Assembly: GCF_020745735.1 (NCBI RefSeq)
Contig: NC_083431.1
Span: 19,992,496-20,056,495, forward strand
Reading direction: 5' to 3'
DNA length: 64,000 nucleotides
Origin: Hemiscyllium ocellatum
Taxonomy: Eukaryota
Shown: one piece after another, positions 1-13,466 of the stretch
Layout: every line of letters begins with the position of its first letter
Numbering within the stretch: the first letter of the stretch is position 1
Program-made: the position numbers and the translations under genes
Notes under the pieces: generated by a model
Database searches by the model: none
What the model was told of the DNA's origin: nothing
The model's input: the letters and a program-made list of their open reading frames with translations, nothing else

Positions 1-492
1 CTGATAATATATTTCCAAGTCAGGATGGCAAGTGGCTTGGGGGGGAACTTGCATTTAGTGGTGTTGCCATGTATCAGCTGTCCTTTGCCTTCTAGTTGGT
101 AGTGTTTGTGAATTTGAAGAAGGCTATCTAAGGAGTCTTGGTGAATATCTGCAGTTTATCCTGCACATTTTACACATTGCTGCTGATGAACATCAGTGAT
201 GGAGAGAGAGAATGTTTGTGGATGTGGTGACACTTAAAAGCAGGCTGCCTTCTCCCAGCTGGGTTAAGCTTCTTGAGCTTATTGGAGTTCACTCATCCAG
301 GGAAATGGAGACCATTCCATCATACTCCTGACTTGTGCCTTGTAGATGTTTTGAGGTGTCAGGAGGTGAGTAAATCACTGCAGGATTTCTGACCTCAAAC
401 TGCTCTTATAGCCATCAGCTTCACATCTACCTGGTCAATTCTCTTTCGCAGCTTGTATACCTAAATTAGATCTCCTCTTATCCTTCTCAACT

Positions 493-930
493 CATAGAGT
501 CATAGAGTCATAGAGATGTACTGCAAGGAAACAGACCCTTCAGTCCAGCCCGTCCATGCCGACCAGATATCCCAACCCAATCTAGTCCCACCTGCCAGCA
601 CCCGGCTCATATCCCTCCAAACCCTTCCTATTCATATACCCATCCAAATGCCTCTTAAATGTTGTAATTGTACTAGCCTCCACCACTTCCTCTGGCAGCT
701 CATTCCATACATGTACCTCCCTCTGTGTGAAAACGTTGCCCCTTAGTTCTCTTTTTTATCTTTCCCCTCTCACCCTAAACCTATGCCCTCTAGTTCTGGA
801 CACCCTGACTCCAGGGAAAAGACTTTGCCTATTTACCCTTTCCATGCCCCTCATGATTTTATAAACCTCTATAAGGTCACCCCTCAGCCTCCGACGCTCC
901 AGGGAAAACAGCCCCAGCCTGTTTGGCCTA
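493..930 (-). mobile_element. CR1-clade (HER1-like) LINE 3' fragment
   Basis: ORF 756..998 (LGLFSLERRRLRGDLIEVYKIM...RTRGHRF) is the CR1 ORF2 C-terminus; (TCTATGAC)n tail at 493-515. Confidence 0.88.
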
Positions 931-1139
931 CTCTGAACTCCCTTCAATTCAGCATAAAGGGATGAAGTTCCATTGTAACAGGATAGTATGTTATTCATTG
1001 CATCAGAGGTTTTCGATTGGAAGTTTCAGGGTCATGTATTGCTGAATACTTAAACCTGACTCTTGAATACGGGAAAGCCAATCCTAGTTATGCTTACCCC
1101 AGAAGAAAAAAGAACAATAAAATCCACAAAAGACACAAA

Positions 1140-1347
1140 AACAAAATAAACAACTGTGGATGCTGAAGATTTGAAACAAAAAGAGAAATTGCTGGAGAAA
1201 CTCAGCAGGCCAGGCAGAATCTGTGAAGAGAAAGCAGAGTTAAATCATTCTAAAGAAAGGGTACCGGACACAAAACATTACCTCGGCGTTCTCTCCAGAG
1301 ATGTTGCCAAACCTGCTGTGTTTCTCCAGCAATTTCTGACTTTGTTG
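1140..1347. mobile_element. Fold-back PLE-terminus element (family D), degenerate hammerhead
   Basis: aaattgctggagaaactcagcagg ... cctgctgtgtttctccagcaattt inverted arms; related copies near 2655-2765, 24130-24300, 34330-34470 and 38724-39130. Confidence 0.6.
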
Positions 1348-1539
1348 TGAAGGACACATACTAGACTAATTTGGCTTGTATCCTTCAACATGGAGCTCCA
1401 GTACTATCAGTATATTCATCTCCAACTGTTACTGATTTTTTTTTAACCAGTTTACTGGTAATATTTCTTAGCTGCTGACTTGGAAAGGCTTTCCTAAAAA
1501 ACATATGCTCTTGCCCTGGCTGAAGAGTTAATGATGATG

Positions 1540-1885
1540 GCAATGCAATCATGGTAAAGTCACTGATCTAGTAATCAAGATGTTTAGGCAAACATTCTGG
1601 AGACATGAGTTTAGAAGCCACCTCAGCAGCTGTTGAAATTTAAACTCAATTAATATCTCTAGTACTTGCCTCAAGAATGGTTGCCACAAAGCCATTGCCA
1701 ATTGTTGTAAAAACCTTTCACTGGTGTTTGTAAAGGAAGGAAATTTACTTGCTTATCTGTTCTGGCCTAGATGTGAATTCAGGCCCACAGCAGTGTGAAT
1801 GATAGTTAACTGGTGTCTGAAATGGCTGAGGAGTTATGACTGGGTAATTAATGCTGGTCCCACCTCATCCTGTGAAAGAATAAAC
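1540..1885 (+). mobile_element. tRNA-derived SINE, second family (diverged)
   Basis: Same body (ggaaggaaa...tctggcctagatgtga...cacagca) and tail as the copies at 12210 and 41655. Confidence 0.6.
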
Positions 1886-1964
1886 AAATAACAGAATAAA
1901 ATGTAAGAGACTCTGACTCACCCTCTTCAGACTCAGCTTTCTGAAAATAGGCTCATACATTGTT

Positions 1965-2290
1965 GAACCCCTACAGTGTGGAAGCAGGCCATTCAGCCCA
2001 TCGGGTCCACAACAACCCTCCAAAGAACATCCCACCCAGATCCACCCCCTACCCTATCCTAGTAACACAGCATTTCCAATGTCTAATCCACCTAGCCTGC
2101 ACATCCCTGAAACAACAAGGCAATTTAGTACATCTAATCCACCGTAACCTGTACATCTTTGCACTATGGGAGGAAACCAGTGGAAACCCATGCAGACACA
2201 GGGGGAACGTGCAAATTCCATACAGACAGTCGCCCGAGGCTGGAATTGAACCCAAGTCCTTGGCATCATGAGGCAGCAGTGCTAACCACT
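1965..2290 (-). mobile_element. HE1/V-SINE-type tRNA-derived SINE
   Basis: Reverse complement of the tRNA-like head (gtggttagcactgctgcc...ggttcaattcc) and V-domain-like core; LINE-like 3' end. Confidence 0.82.
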
Positions 2291-2427
2291 GATAACCCTG
2301 GTAAATATATTTGTCATGAAAACAGTTATCAAAATTTGGATGAAAATCTTCTTAAAGTACATTGGAAATAAGTCACTTGCTTTCACTTGGCAGCAGCCTG
2401 ATGTTGATCTCTCCATGCACTCCACAG

Positions 2428-2552
2428 CTCTCCAAGAGGCTATAAGTACAGGGAACCTGGAGCTGGTGCAACTTGTCCTTCGATATCGCGATTACCAAAG
2501 ATCTATTAAACGACTGTCAGGGATCCCTTGTCTATTAGAGAAACTCCGTCAG
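2428..2552 (+). CDS. ANKRD13B: ANKRD13B coding exon (end of ankyrin-repeat region: LQEAISTGNLELVQLVLRYRDYQRSIKRLSGIPCLLEKLRQ)
   Basis: tccacag| acceptor, CAG|gtaagc donor; 125 nt, phase 1 to 0; lies within ORF 2316..2621. Confidence 0.93.
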
Positions 2553-3527
2553 GTAAGCCAGCAGCATTCTCAGTGCCTTTCTGTTGTCAGTTTAGTTTGT
2601 CACAGAGATTACTCAAGCTGAATTTTGCAAGAAAATGTTAGACAATTATAACAAAGCAAAGAACTGAGGATCTGAAACAAAACAGAAATTACTGGAGAAA
2701 CTCAGCAGGTCTGGCAGCATCATTGGAGAGAAAGTTTTGCATCCAGTGACCCTTCCTCATAATTCTAGTTTAATTTTGATATCCATCTCCCCTGGACGAC
2801 TTGTGATCGAGTTTGTGAAAGTTGTTGTGCTTTAAGATGTCTGTTCATGCCAAAAAATGCTCAGATTTGGAGATCCTAGGCACCATCATTGACTAGTTCT
2901 CCACAAAATCAAGAGCCTGGTTACTCTGCGTTATTTGGTTTTAGATCCCTCCAGACTTCCCTACACAAACTCCCACTGGCAATGGTTTGCAAGCAGGGCT
3001 ATTCCAAATTCATCTCGATTTCAGAGAAGGTCACTGTTGTGAGGGAGACAGTTGAGAGGAAGAAAATAATGTGGACATTTCTTCTATGCATCACAAATTC
3101 ACATATTTGCAAAAGAAGTGTTTGAATGCTGAGGGAACAAAATAAGATGACAAATGTCAAGATCACCAAACGTGAGAACTCTGAAGTCAACAGAGGAAGG
3201 GCGCAGGTTATGTTACACAGAAAAGCTTATTTTCAAAGTTGACAGCACTGATAAGTTTGATGTGATTGAAAAGTAGAAGCTTTCTGTAAAACCATATTTA
3301 TATTAACATGAGCTAGCAAGGAAGTCCAGAGCTAAAATAAAACATTCAGCCCATTAAGTCTCCTGGGTCTATGAATATAATTCCATCACAGACCCCTGCA
3401 TTTTCACCATCTGCTCATCCATTTTTGTAAGAGTGAGTAATCCCCTTTCTCTCCTTCCCTTGAAAGATAAATCCAGCATTTCTGTTCTTAATCCTATCAT
3501 TTCAATCAGTTTCTTTATTTCCAACAG

Positions 3528-3573
3528 GCACAGGACTTTTATGTCGAAATGAAATGGGAGTTTACAAGCTGGG
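3528..3573 (+). CDS. ANKRD13B: ANKRD13B coding exon (AQDFYVEMKWEFTSW)
   Basis: ttctttatttccaacag| acceptor, G|gtaagt donor; 46 nt, phase 0 to 1; read by eye (too short for the ORF track). Confidence 0.93.
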
Positions 3574-3919
3574 GTAAGTTCAATCCAATCTAACCTGCCA
3601 ACGGTTCAGGAAATTTTGCTAAAGTATCCTTTTCATCACATTTGAGATCTTAGAAACCTTAAAAACAAGAGGGCAATATTTTATGGTTTCGCCTTAGAGA
3701 ATGGATGCATTTTAACATTTATGTCCTAATTGTGAGGAATTAAGGAAGAAGATTTGATTTAAATAGGAGGCGGTGAAGAAGTATGCTGGTTAATATATAG
3801 TATAAGTACTTTGTTTTATGGTTAACCAGAATAGTACAGTAAGTCCAAACCTAACAAAGGGCAGGGCTGATGTCAAAGGAGACAATTAGAATGTTCCCCT
3901 GTGTAATGGACCGAAAAGG

Positions 3920-4400
3920 ATGACTTGTATTTATATAACACCTCTTTTGACCTCAAGGAAGAGGAAGTGAGGACTGCAGATGCTGGAGATCAGAGTCAAG
4001 AGCGTGGTGCTGGAAAAGCACAGCAGGTCAGGCAGCATCTAAGGAGCAGGAGAATCGACATTTTGGGCATAAGCCCCACATCCTGATGAAGGGCTTATGC
4101 CCAAAATGTTGATTCTCCTGCTCCTCGGATGCTGCCTGACCTGCTGTGCTTTTCCAGCAACATACTCTCGACTCTCTTGACCTCAAGCCAACCCATAGCA
4201 CTTCACAGACGATGCAATATTTTTGAACGATGTTCCTTGTTGTAATGTAAAGCCAACACACGCAAACAGCAATGAGATAATGACCAGATCCATCTGTTTC
4301 TGTGATGTTGATTGAGGGATAAATATTGACTCGGAAAGCAGGGATTAAAAATCCAATTATTCAAAATGCCACCTATTAACGGAGTCATGGAGATTTGTGG
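3920..4400 (-). mobile_element. Old SINE, possibly Deu-domain (SacSINE1-like), interrupted by a PLE fold-back
   Basis: gacttgtatttatataacacc...aacagcaatgagataatgaccag...gttgattgagggataaatattg recurs in degenerate form near 7115, 23520, 45515 and 48990; family assignment from recall only. Confidence 0.4.
3958..4176. mobile_element. Fold-back PLE-terminus element (family A)
   Basis: Inverted arms 3960-4077 and 4082-4175; TSD ttgacctcaag at 3947-3957 and 4177-4187; decayed hammerhead CTGATGA...AAAA at 4083. Confidence 0.82.
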
Positions 4401-5534
4401 GCTCCTACTTTGCTGAAATGTGCAGCGGGCAGCCAAAGCTCCCCTCTGCCAAACGTGTACACAAGAAAATTATCCCCTTAGATCGGTTTGTCCTAAATGA
4501 AAGACTTTCTGTCACCTCTGCTACATTCTAAGAATCCTCTCTGACATCAACCTTGACTTTTGTCTGTGGTTATAATGTGATCACTGAGACTGCAGCGCTG
4601 TGTTAGTTTGTCTCCAAAACTCTGCTCTCTGTCAGGCCTGACACATGGTGCAAAAGATTCAAGGAAATCGCAAAACATATTTTACGCCTTTATGGCAAAC
4701 AATGAACAAAAAGGATGTTACTTGAGGGAACAAATGACTAGGTCAACTTATAAATCAGGAGAAGAAATGTTGTATTTTTAATTCAGTGCAAATTCATTGA
4801 TGAGATGAGGAATTTCTTCCTCTGACGATTAATTGACATTTTGAATGATGTTTTGGGAAACAAATGGAAAAAGAATTAATGCTCAGGAGGCAATGAAAGA
4901 TTATCTTGTGAGGGTGGGGGAATCACTATTTTTTCCTAGTTTAATGAGTTCCCTGTTCTATATTCATCCCGTGACATTGCTTTTCTTCTGACTTTGTAGA
5001 GTTGGCATCACTTGACAATAGTAATGAAATCAAATTGAACTTCTTGACAAGAGAGTCAAACCTTCTTCAAAGTTACAGCCCTCAACCTTCATCTACTGAC
5101 AGAGTTCTTATCCTTAAGGTTAATTAGTTTCCATCAAAGTCTTACCTTTCCTGTATGCCAGTGGACTTTCAGAACTATGCCATTCATATGCTTTACTGTC
5201 TTCTATCTTTATGTCACAAATGATGAAACAATTCTAGACTTGTTTCAGATAGTTTTAGTCTGATCTAGTTTGAATATCAGAGCTTGTCCCATTCAGCTAC
5301 TGAATACCACTAAAAATACGGGGCTATCGTAATGGAATATTCATGTACTAATGGGTAAATTGTTTATTTTAAATAGATTAACTTACTGAAAGGGAGGCTT
5401 GTTTGGTTGCAATCCCTCACCTACATCCAGGGTAAACTTTGCTTTACAAATATATATCTAGTTTTGAAAGTTTGTATTGAATCTTCTTCAGTTTCCATTT
5501 CAGATAGTGCATTCCAGGTCATAATAATTCGCAG

Positions 5535-5980
5535 GAACATAGGATTTGGAGCAGAAATGGACCTTTTGACCCATTGAGCTATTCAGCTACCCAGCCAGAT
5601 CAGGGTTGATCTTCTATCTCAACAACAGTTCCCTGCACTATCTCCATATCTCCTGTTTTTAAATACTTAGATATCTGACACACTCTGTCTTGGATATACC
5701 CAATGACTTAGCTTTTACAGAACGCTGGAATAGACAGTTCCAAAGATTTACCACTTTCTTCTAAATCTTAGAGAATATAGGTCCAATCTCCTCAATCCTT
5801 CCATCCCAGGAATCAGTTTCACAAATCTTTCTTGTAATCCCTCTATGGTGAGTGTGTTCTTCCATAAGTAAGGATGTAAAGCATACACAATACTCCAGAT
5901 TCAGTCTCAGCAAATCTATATATAATTGCAACAAGACTATTTTACTCCTGTACTCCAATCCTCTTGCAATAAAAGCCTGT
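5535..5980 (-). mobile_element. Old CR1 LINE 3' fragment
   Basis: ORF 5761..6021 contains AFIARGLEYRSK..LLQLY..L.R..LEYCV, a CR1 ORF2 motif. Confidence 0.75.
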
Positions 5981-6134
5981 GGCCCCTGGTTACCAGTCTT
6001 CCAGCCAGCAGAGTCAACCACATCCTACCTTGCCATCCCATAAGATCATGCTTCATCTTCTACTTCAACCTTAGCTTCATGTGCCCAATTCCCTCAGTAT
6101 CTATGAATATATTGCTCATAACAACTGAGCTTTC

Positions 6135-6400
6135 ATAGAATCCCTACAATGTGGAAGCAGGCCATTTAGCCAATCGAATTATTTAGCACCAGACCCACCT
6201 CATCCCTGTAATCCTGCATTTCCCATTGCTAATTCACACAACCTACACATCCCTGGCCTCTATGGACAATTTAGCATGGCCAGTCCACCTAACCAGCACA
6301 TCTTGGGGCTGTGGGAGGAAACCGGACCACCCATAGGAAATCCATGCAGACACTTGGAGAATGTGCAAACTCCACACAGACAGTCACCCAAGGCTGAACC
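6135..6400 (-). mobile_element. HE1/V-SINE-type SINE (diverged, head truncated)
   Basis: tgtgggaggaaaccgga...tgtgcaaactccacacagacagtc core shared with the other copies. Confidence 0.75.
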
Positions 6401-7565
6401 CGGCTAACCAGTTAAACAGCCCTAACTTTCAGACTCCAAAAATTCACAGCCTGCTTAGTGAAGAAATTTCCTGTCTCAGTCACCTTATCATGAGATGAAG
6501 CAACCTGATTCTAGGCTCTCAAACCAAGAAAGCATCTACTCTGACGAATCCTCAAAAGAAATGGACATGTCTCAATGAGATTGTCTCTCATTCTTCTGAA
6601 AACCAGAGATTATAGGACTATTCTATTTACTTTCTCCTCATGGGACAACCCTTTCATTCCTATTTCTGTAAAAGCATCATCATCATTTAGATTATCTCTG
6701 TTAAGTGTCTCCTTCCTCTTCACTGTTCTAAGGAGAACAACTCGAGTTACTAGCTGCGCATACGAAAATCCCATATTCCCTCACCATTTTAACAAATCTC
6801 CTTTGCACCAATCAGGTTCAGTCATTTATATTTAGTCCTACCCTGCTGTAGTCTCATAAGGAGGTATGTGTTGATCTGAAGTGTGGGGCGAGGAGAAGGC
6901 TGTGTACTTCAGCTACACTTAAATTACTAGCAATGTGGGCAACCATAACACAAAAGTATTGCAGCCACCACTGGAGGTACAGAGAATCAGCAAACTCCAC
7001 AAAGTTTCCAGTTGCTTAAATGTTGTCACAAATCAGAAGATTTGCAGTATCAATTAGAGCATTCTACACCTCCAGATATTAAATCAAAACAGTCCACTCT
7101 ATAAGAAAGGAAGAACCTGCATTTATATAGTGTCATACAAGACCTTCAATCATCCAAAAGTAGACATCATCCAAAAAGTGATCATGGTAAGGTTTTATTT
7201 TTGTTTGTGGTTTGAGGGATACGTTTTGCCCGGGAAACCAGGGAGAAACTCTTTGACATAGATTCATGAGATCTCGTACACCAGCCTGAGCAGGACAGGG
7301 GCATTTCCTGACTTTTTCCCCTCAGTATCTAGATTGGAGTCCTCACCTCATCTGAACAGGTAGAAATATTCTTTTATTAAAAAGAAATCAAGTTCTGTTT
7401 TTGTTTAAATGTTCCTGCTCACACCAGCCCACAGGATTCTATTGCATTAAGGTAAATGGTGATATAGTGTGACTAGACAGCAGAGGACAGAAAACTCAAA
7501 GTAATTGAGCTTGAGTCTACACTGACCCTGTTATCCAGCTCCATAAATATCAGTACCCCTCAGCT

Positions 7566-7862
7566 GATTAGATTACTTACAGCATGGAAACAGGCCCTTC
7601 AGCCCAACAAGTCCACACTGACCCGCATAGCACCCAGACCCATACTCCTACATTTACCCCTTACCTAACACCGCGGGCAATTTATCATGGCCAATTCACC
7701 TGACCTGCACATTTTGGACTGTGGGAGGAAACAAGAGCACCCGGAGGAAACCCACGCAGACACGGGGAGAATGTACAAACTCCACACAGAGAGTCTTTCT
7801 CTGAACCCGGGTCTCTGGCGCTGTGAGGCAGCAGTGCTAACCAATGTGCCATCGTGCAGCCC
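7566..7862 (-). mobile_element. HE1/V-SINE-type SINE
   Basis: (AATCT)n tail, V-like core and tRNA head, as in the copy at 22088. Confidence 0.85.
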
Positions 7863-10130
7863 ACAGCCGGATGACATTTTTAAAATAAAGTTTTCTCAGA
7901 AAGGCATTCTTGTTTCAATAGAATTCACTTAGCTGTAGAAAATTGATTGTGATTGGACAGGAAACTCAAACATTGGTAAATGACACTGAAGATTAGAACA
8001 ACAGTTTCCTATTAGCCCCCACTAGCTTTGTAATAATGTAACTTGAAATAGTATGACTGTCCAACAAGCCCTGGAGTTGAACCATCTGCCACTTCAATTC
8101 AGCCAAAATTGAGATGAAAGAGTAGCGGGATTAAGATATCTCCTGAGGTTGCTGGTTGGTGTGTGGAGAGTTCATTTTGTTACACAGTGCTGCAGGCTTG
8201 CACCTTTGCTGAGAGAGTTTTGTCATAACGCCAAGGCCACTTCCAGGAAGTGACACATTCTGAAGCACTGAGTTTGAGAACACACCTGTGACACACGTTC
8301 CCCTTGGTGTTGTCGAGATTTCTAGCTGGCAAAAACTCTAGTGACAGCTCACTTTGAATAATTGTTTACATGCTGACCTTGAAATCTGAAAATACATTCG
8401 AGTTGTGACAGAAATCAATCCAATTAACTGACTGTACCAAATGAACCATTCCTCAGTTAAAAAGCAAACTTTATTATGGTCATGTTCGCAGACTCCTGAC
8501 ATCAGCATCAGCCAGGGATTAGCACCTCCCTCTGGGCCAGATGCAAAGTACAACTTTGATATTGATTTAGAGAGTGGTTCTTACTGATCAAGCAAAAAGG
8601 AGACAAGATAATCAATATAAGCCTTTTTCACTCAGGCCTTCTCACTACATCTCCCTGTCCACTCCAAAACTTATTTTCCTCTAAATGCAGACCCAGAAAA
8701 GCCCTCCCCCGACCCCCACAAGCCACACACTGCTGCGCTTTCAAGCTTCCAGCTGCAAAGCTTTTGACCCTCCGTGCTTTCACCACAATCACTGATTTGC
8801 TGAGCTACTTGCTGTCCTCTGCCTAATGCCCTTAGCGTGAGTGAAGTGTCTCCCACTTGCCACCCCATGATATTACACTAATCCTCGCTCCCACTAGGTA
8901 CTGCAAACTTGGGAGACTACCTGCCAGACAGCCAGGTTAGCTCTGCAGCATCAGATCTGACTGAACCAGCTCCAGTCTAGCCTGGAGCATCTGCTCTCAT
9001 GACATGAGGCTACATTCATCAATACAAAATCTGCAATATAACTGGCTCATGGGAGTTGATACTGTCACTACAGCCTCAAGCAGTATATTGATGATTGGAT
9101 AATTGCCCTGATAGCCCAACTTTGATCTGACCTTCATGTTCAGAGAGCAATTCCAGGAACAAAGTGAAGGCCAAAATGATTTTTTTAGGTTAGATTGAGA
9201 TAAGATTTCTATTCGGGATAAGCGATCAGCATGTATTCAGATATGTGCGGATAGAAAGATAGTTTCCCATGTCATGGGTTTAAGATACACAATGGACTTT
9301 TTTTTCTGATTCAATCATGGGCTTGTCGACTTCCAAGATGCACTCTTGCCTCATGACTGACTTTGCTTGGAACTTTTGCTTTTCCATGTGGGATTGGGAT
9401 TCACGGGTGCAGTTTGCAAGCTGCAATGGACATTGTGTAGCGAGGCCGATTGTTGAGAAGACCCGGCCAGCAACCTAGCTTCCAATGTCATTTCTGTGCT
9501 CACGACAATCTCACCCATCATCCCCTTGCTGCCCACACACCTCCCATGTCTAATAGCTCCCATGCCTCCTCCATCCCCCTCCACTGTGCTGCCCCATGCC
9601 TCTCCAGATCCTCCATGTATCCTCCTGAGAAACCCACCAAGTACACAGCCAAACAACAACAATATTTTAATCCAAATGTTAAAAAGTTGAACCCGTAGCA
9701 ATCTGATGTAAATATCATTCAGACATCTTTCAATTATGCTGCAAAAGAAACAAATCTGTATTACCAAAGAAGTAAAGTTTAATCCCTTTTGTGTCTATTT
9801 TGTGCAAACAGCCATAGAGTTAGAAGCCACATCAAAAGTAGATTATGTCATTATACCCTTTTAAAACTATTAATCTTTCTCCTGAGCAGCCTTGTTGATA
9901 GAACACCAGCTGAACTCAGGACATTATTACCTTTTGAAACTCAGACAAGCATTTATATTAACCACAACGTTCAAAAGTACTACCTTGCTGCTCCGAGACT
10001 GTGAAAGTGAAAGGATAGATAGTTTTACTTCTAATTCAAAGCAGAATGTTGACCAGCCAATGGAGGAGGACAGGTGGCTGATTTTATTTTAACTTTCAAC
10101 AGTCAGGGGAGTTTGTTTTCAAATCAGAAC

Positions 10131-10306
10131 TAGGTGAAAGTGAGGACTGCAGATGCTGGAGATCAGAGTCTAGATTAGAGTGGTGCTGGAAAAGCACAGC
10201 AGGTCTGGCAGCATCCGAAGAACAGGAAATTTGACCTTTCGGGCAAAAGCCCTTCAATGGGAATGATAAAGGGCTTTTGCCCAAAACGTTGATTTTCCTG
10301 CTTCGA
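10131..10306. mobile_element. Fold-back PLE-terminus element (family A), decayed
   Basis: Full arm 10131-10256 plus short inverted arm 10264-10306. Confidence 0.75.
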
Positions 10307-10543
10307 ATCAGTGCTGTCAATACAGTGATGTCACAGTGCCAAACATAACAAGAACATTCCTCAGCCTATTTTCTAAAGTTTGAATGCGTTATGGCACTTT
10401 CCCTACAGTCAAACGTACTGTAATGCCATTAAGAAATGCAGGCTAATGTAATGTCAAATTCATTTTTGCAGATTAGAGCTCTATCTTTAACCGCTACATT
10501 AAAATCCATATTACAGTACAGCATGTAATAGTGACATTGGAGG

Positions 10544-10722
10544 TCAAGAGTGTGGTGCTGGAAAAGCACAGCAGGACAGGCAGCACCCAAGGAGCAGGAG
10601 AATCAACATTTCGGGCAAAAGCCCTTCATCAGGAATCACCATCAGGAAAAAGCACCGGCTGTGCTTTTCCAGCACCATACTCTCGACTCTAATCTCCAGC
10701 ATCTGCAGTCCTCACTTTTGCC
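10544..10722. mobile_element. Fold-back PLE-terminus element (family A)
   Basis: TSD tgacattggagg at 10532-10543 and 10723-10734; minus-strand CTGATGA-A-GGGC-TTTT-GCCC-GAAA core at about 10605-10633. Confidence 0.82.
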
Positions 10723-12209
10723 TGACATTGGAGGGGTCAAGACATCTTACATTTAGCTGCTAGAATGCTCCTGACTCTTTAGCAGGCTTCTCGAATTGGT
10801 CATACATTCTGTAAAGAGGGGCGATTTTCAAACCTCTGCACAACCTGCTCACCCCAGGAAAAATCACAATGTTTGACCGTTTATCATACAACTGAAGGCC
10901 TTTGGCTGTTTCAGGAGCCCAATGGGAAAATCCTTCCTCAAATTACTGACCAAGGATCTGTACTGGAAAAGACATTTCCCTCACCTTCATCCTCGAAACC
11001 CTAGCCCACAATGCTGATGACAAGTCACAGATACTCTGTGATCATATACAGATGCAGTGTATTAACTGCCCTTTTTCCCTCCATGTACAATTTAAATACT
11101 GTACTGTAACAACACAGTCACTGAGATAATGGTGAATAAAGAGCACTTACTTTTAGAGCTGAACATCAGAGATATGGGTAATGAATGCCTGTGATTCTCA
11201 AGAGTTATTTAACCTGCTGTCACATTTTTCTACACACCACTACTCCCCATCAAACTATGTGGAATTTAAACTGACAGATCAGTGTGGCAAGGGCTCTAAG
11301 GATAACATCTGTGTGAGGGGAACATCTTAACAGTTACGCTTCCCTGCCCAAAAGTTTAATAAGCGGATGCTAATAATGTCTTAAATAACAGGAGGCAGCA
11401 CACACCACGGATCAAGGCTCAGCACATTGAGATGTGTGAATTCGAGATGGTGTTTGAAACTTCTTCTGAACTGACAGTGTGAAGATGAATGAATTTGCAG
11501 GATTGCAGCAGTGGTTTGAGTGATAGGATGCGATTGCTTCAGTGACTTCAGGCTGCAAAGTGGGAGAATTTCAGAACTGGATTGCTCACTGGAGCTGTGA
11601 TGAGAAGTGGAAATGTGATAAGAGCCTTAAGCAACTTTATTCATCTGACTGATTCCATGAATAAAAAGTACAGAGTGAATTGAGATAGCACCCAAATCTC
11701 TGGATGCATAGATGGAGCTATGTCGCTATTGACACATTTAAAGTCAGTTCATGGGTCTCATATATCTGAAGTTTAAAATCATTTCTGATTGTATTAGGTT
11801 AGCAAGGAATATCTAATAATCACAATGAAGGCAGAGAGAAGCTAAAGAAGATTAATTGACTTAGTAAAATTAGTTATAGACTTACCTTATCATCAGTGAA
11901 ACACTTAGGTGGGACAACATTGACACAAGCATGCTGCCATTAAAATCTCACCTGGTCCCTAAGCACCTACAGATAGAGTAAAATCCAATATTCACTCGAG
12001 TTCATCCAGCACCAGCTAGTGTTAAAATGTTCAGATTTGTTTTGAATGACTGAGCAGTGGAAGGGCTGACTGGGTATCTGTACTGGGGGTGAAGAGTTCC
12101 TGGCAATTTTGAGTCTTTAGCTTCAATTAAGTTTGACTCATATCTCTGAGACAGCTCAGTGGAATGAGGCCTTAAGAAGGGTGGGGCAGCCTCCAGCATT
12201 TCAAGGGGA

Positions 12210-12550
12210 GGCATTAGGCTAGTGCTTTTATCGCTGTTAATCCAGAGAGCGAGCTAATGTTCTGGGGATCTGGATTTGAAACCTGCCATGGCAGATGGTG
12301 GAATTTAAATTCATTAAAAATCCTGGAATTAAGATTCTAATGATGACCATTGTAAATTATTGGAAAAACCCATCTGGTTCACTAATATTTCACAGGAAGG
12401 GCAACTGCTATCCTTACCTGATCTGGCCTAGATGTGACTCCAGACTCACAGCAATGTGGTTGACTCTTGACTGCCCTCTGGGTAATGAGGGATGAGCAAT
12501 ACATGTTGGCCTAGCCAGCGATGCCTCATCTGTGAATGATTTTTAAAAAA
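12210..12550 (+). mobile_element. tRNA-derived SINE, second family
   Basis: Head with B-box-like ggatttgaaacc; body aaacccatctggttcactaat...ccttacctg.tctggcct; tail ggcctagccagcgatgcc.catc..tgaatga shared with old LINE ends near 31790 and 54460. Confidence 0.7.
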
Positions 12551-13322
12551 AATTTGTTTGATGTGTGTGTGTAGGAAGAGTGTTGTGGGTGGACTAGGGA
12601 TTGCCCTTGCCCCTGACTTCACAAATATATTCTGGCTCAATGTCATCCTTGTTTATCTGCTCAATGCCATCCTTGTTTATCACTTCAGTTCTGCTGCTGG
12701 TGGAAATGGTCAGAGTATGCAGATCCTTAGCTCCAACCAATTCCACCGGTAATTGACAATCGGGGTCCTATTTACACCACCAAACACTGATTACCCCCAA
12801 TTTGCCTCAGGCCAGTGAGAATTTTGGACATCCCTTTCAAAATGGAGCTGACCAGGCATTGAATATTAGTGAGATGGTAAAAGTCCCAAAAGGGTCAGCA
12901 AAAAGTGCTATTCCCCTGCCCCTGCCTGCAAGCTCTAGGCCAGTAATATATTGTTCATCGGGTTGAGCTGGGATCAAACTTTGCCAGTTGCAAATTGGCA
13001 ATTTTCTGAAGTGCAACAAGCTTCATTTGTTTACAATTTATCAAAAAATGTTTTAATGTCATTTGCAATTTTAATATTAAGAATATTAAGGAGAAAAAAA
13101 ATTCAATTGGCCTATCAGATTATATCACGCTTAAGGTAACTGATGTGATTTATTGTGCTGGTGATCATGTGAATAATATGTGAGCTCAATTCTCTATTCA
13201 TTACAACACATAAAGCTGTCTCTATCACTGACATCTTAATTGGCTATTCAAATGTTTGCAAAAAAGAATTGCATTTACAGGTCCAAATACTGATAATTCT
13301 TTCACCCCTTTGACTGCCACAG

Positions 13323-13466
13323 TTCCCCTGGTCTCCAAGATCTGCCCTAGCGACACCTACAGGGTTTGGAAAAGTGGGCAGAATCTCCGGGTCGACACGA
13401 CACTGCTCGGCTTTGATCACATGACCTGGCAGCGAGGGAACCGCAGCTTTGTCTTCAGAGGGCAAG
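13323..13466 (+). CDS. ANKRD13B: ANKRD13B coding exon ([48 protein letters not shown])
   Basis: ccacag| acceptor, CAAG|gtcagt donor; 144 nt, phase 1 to 1; ORF 13256..13480. Confidence 0.94.

Noticed and set aside
9351-9767. 138-aa minus-strand ORF and overlapping ORFs
   Set aside because: Low-complexity C-rich DNA with no recognisable domain or splice structure.
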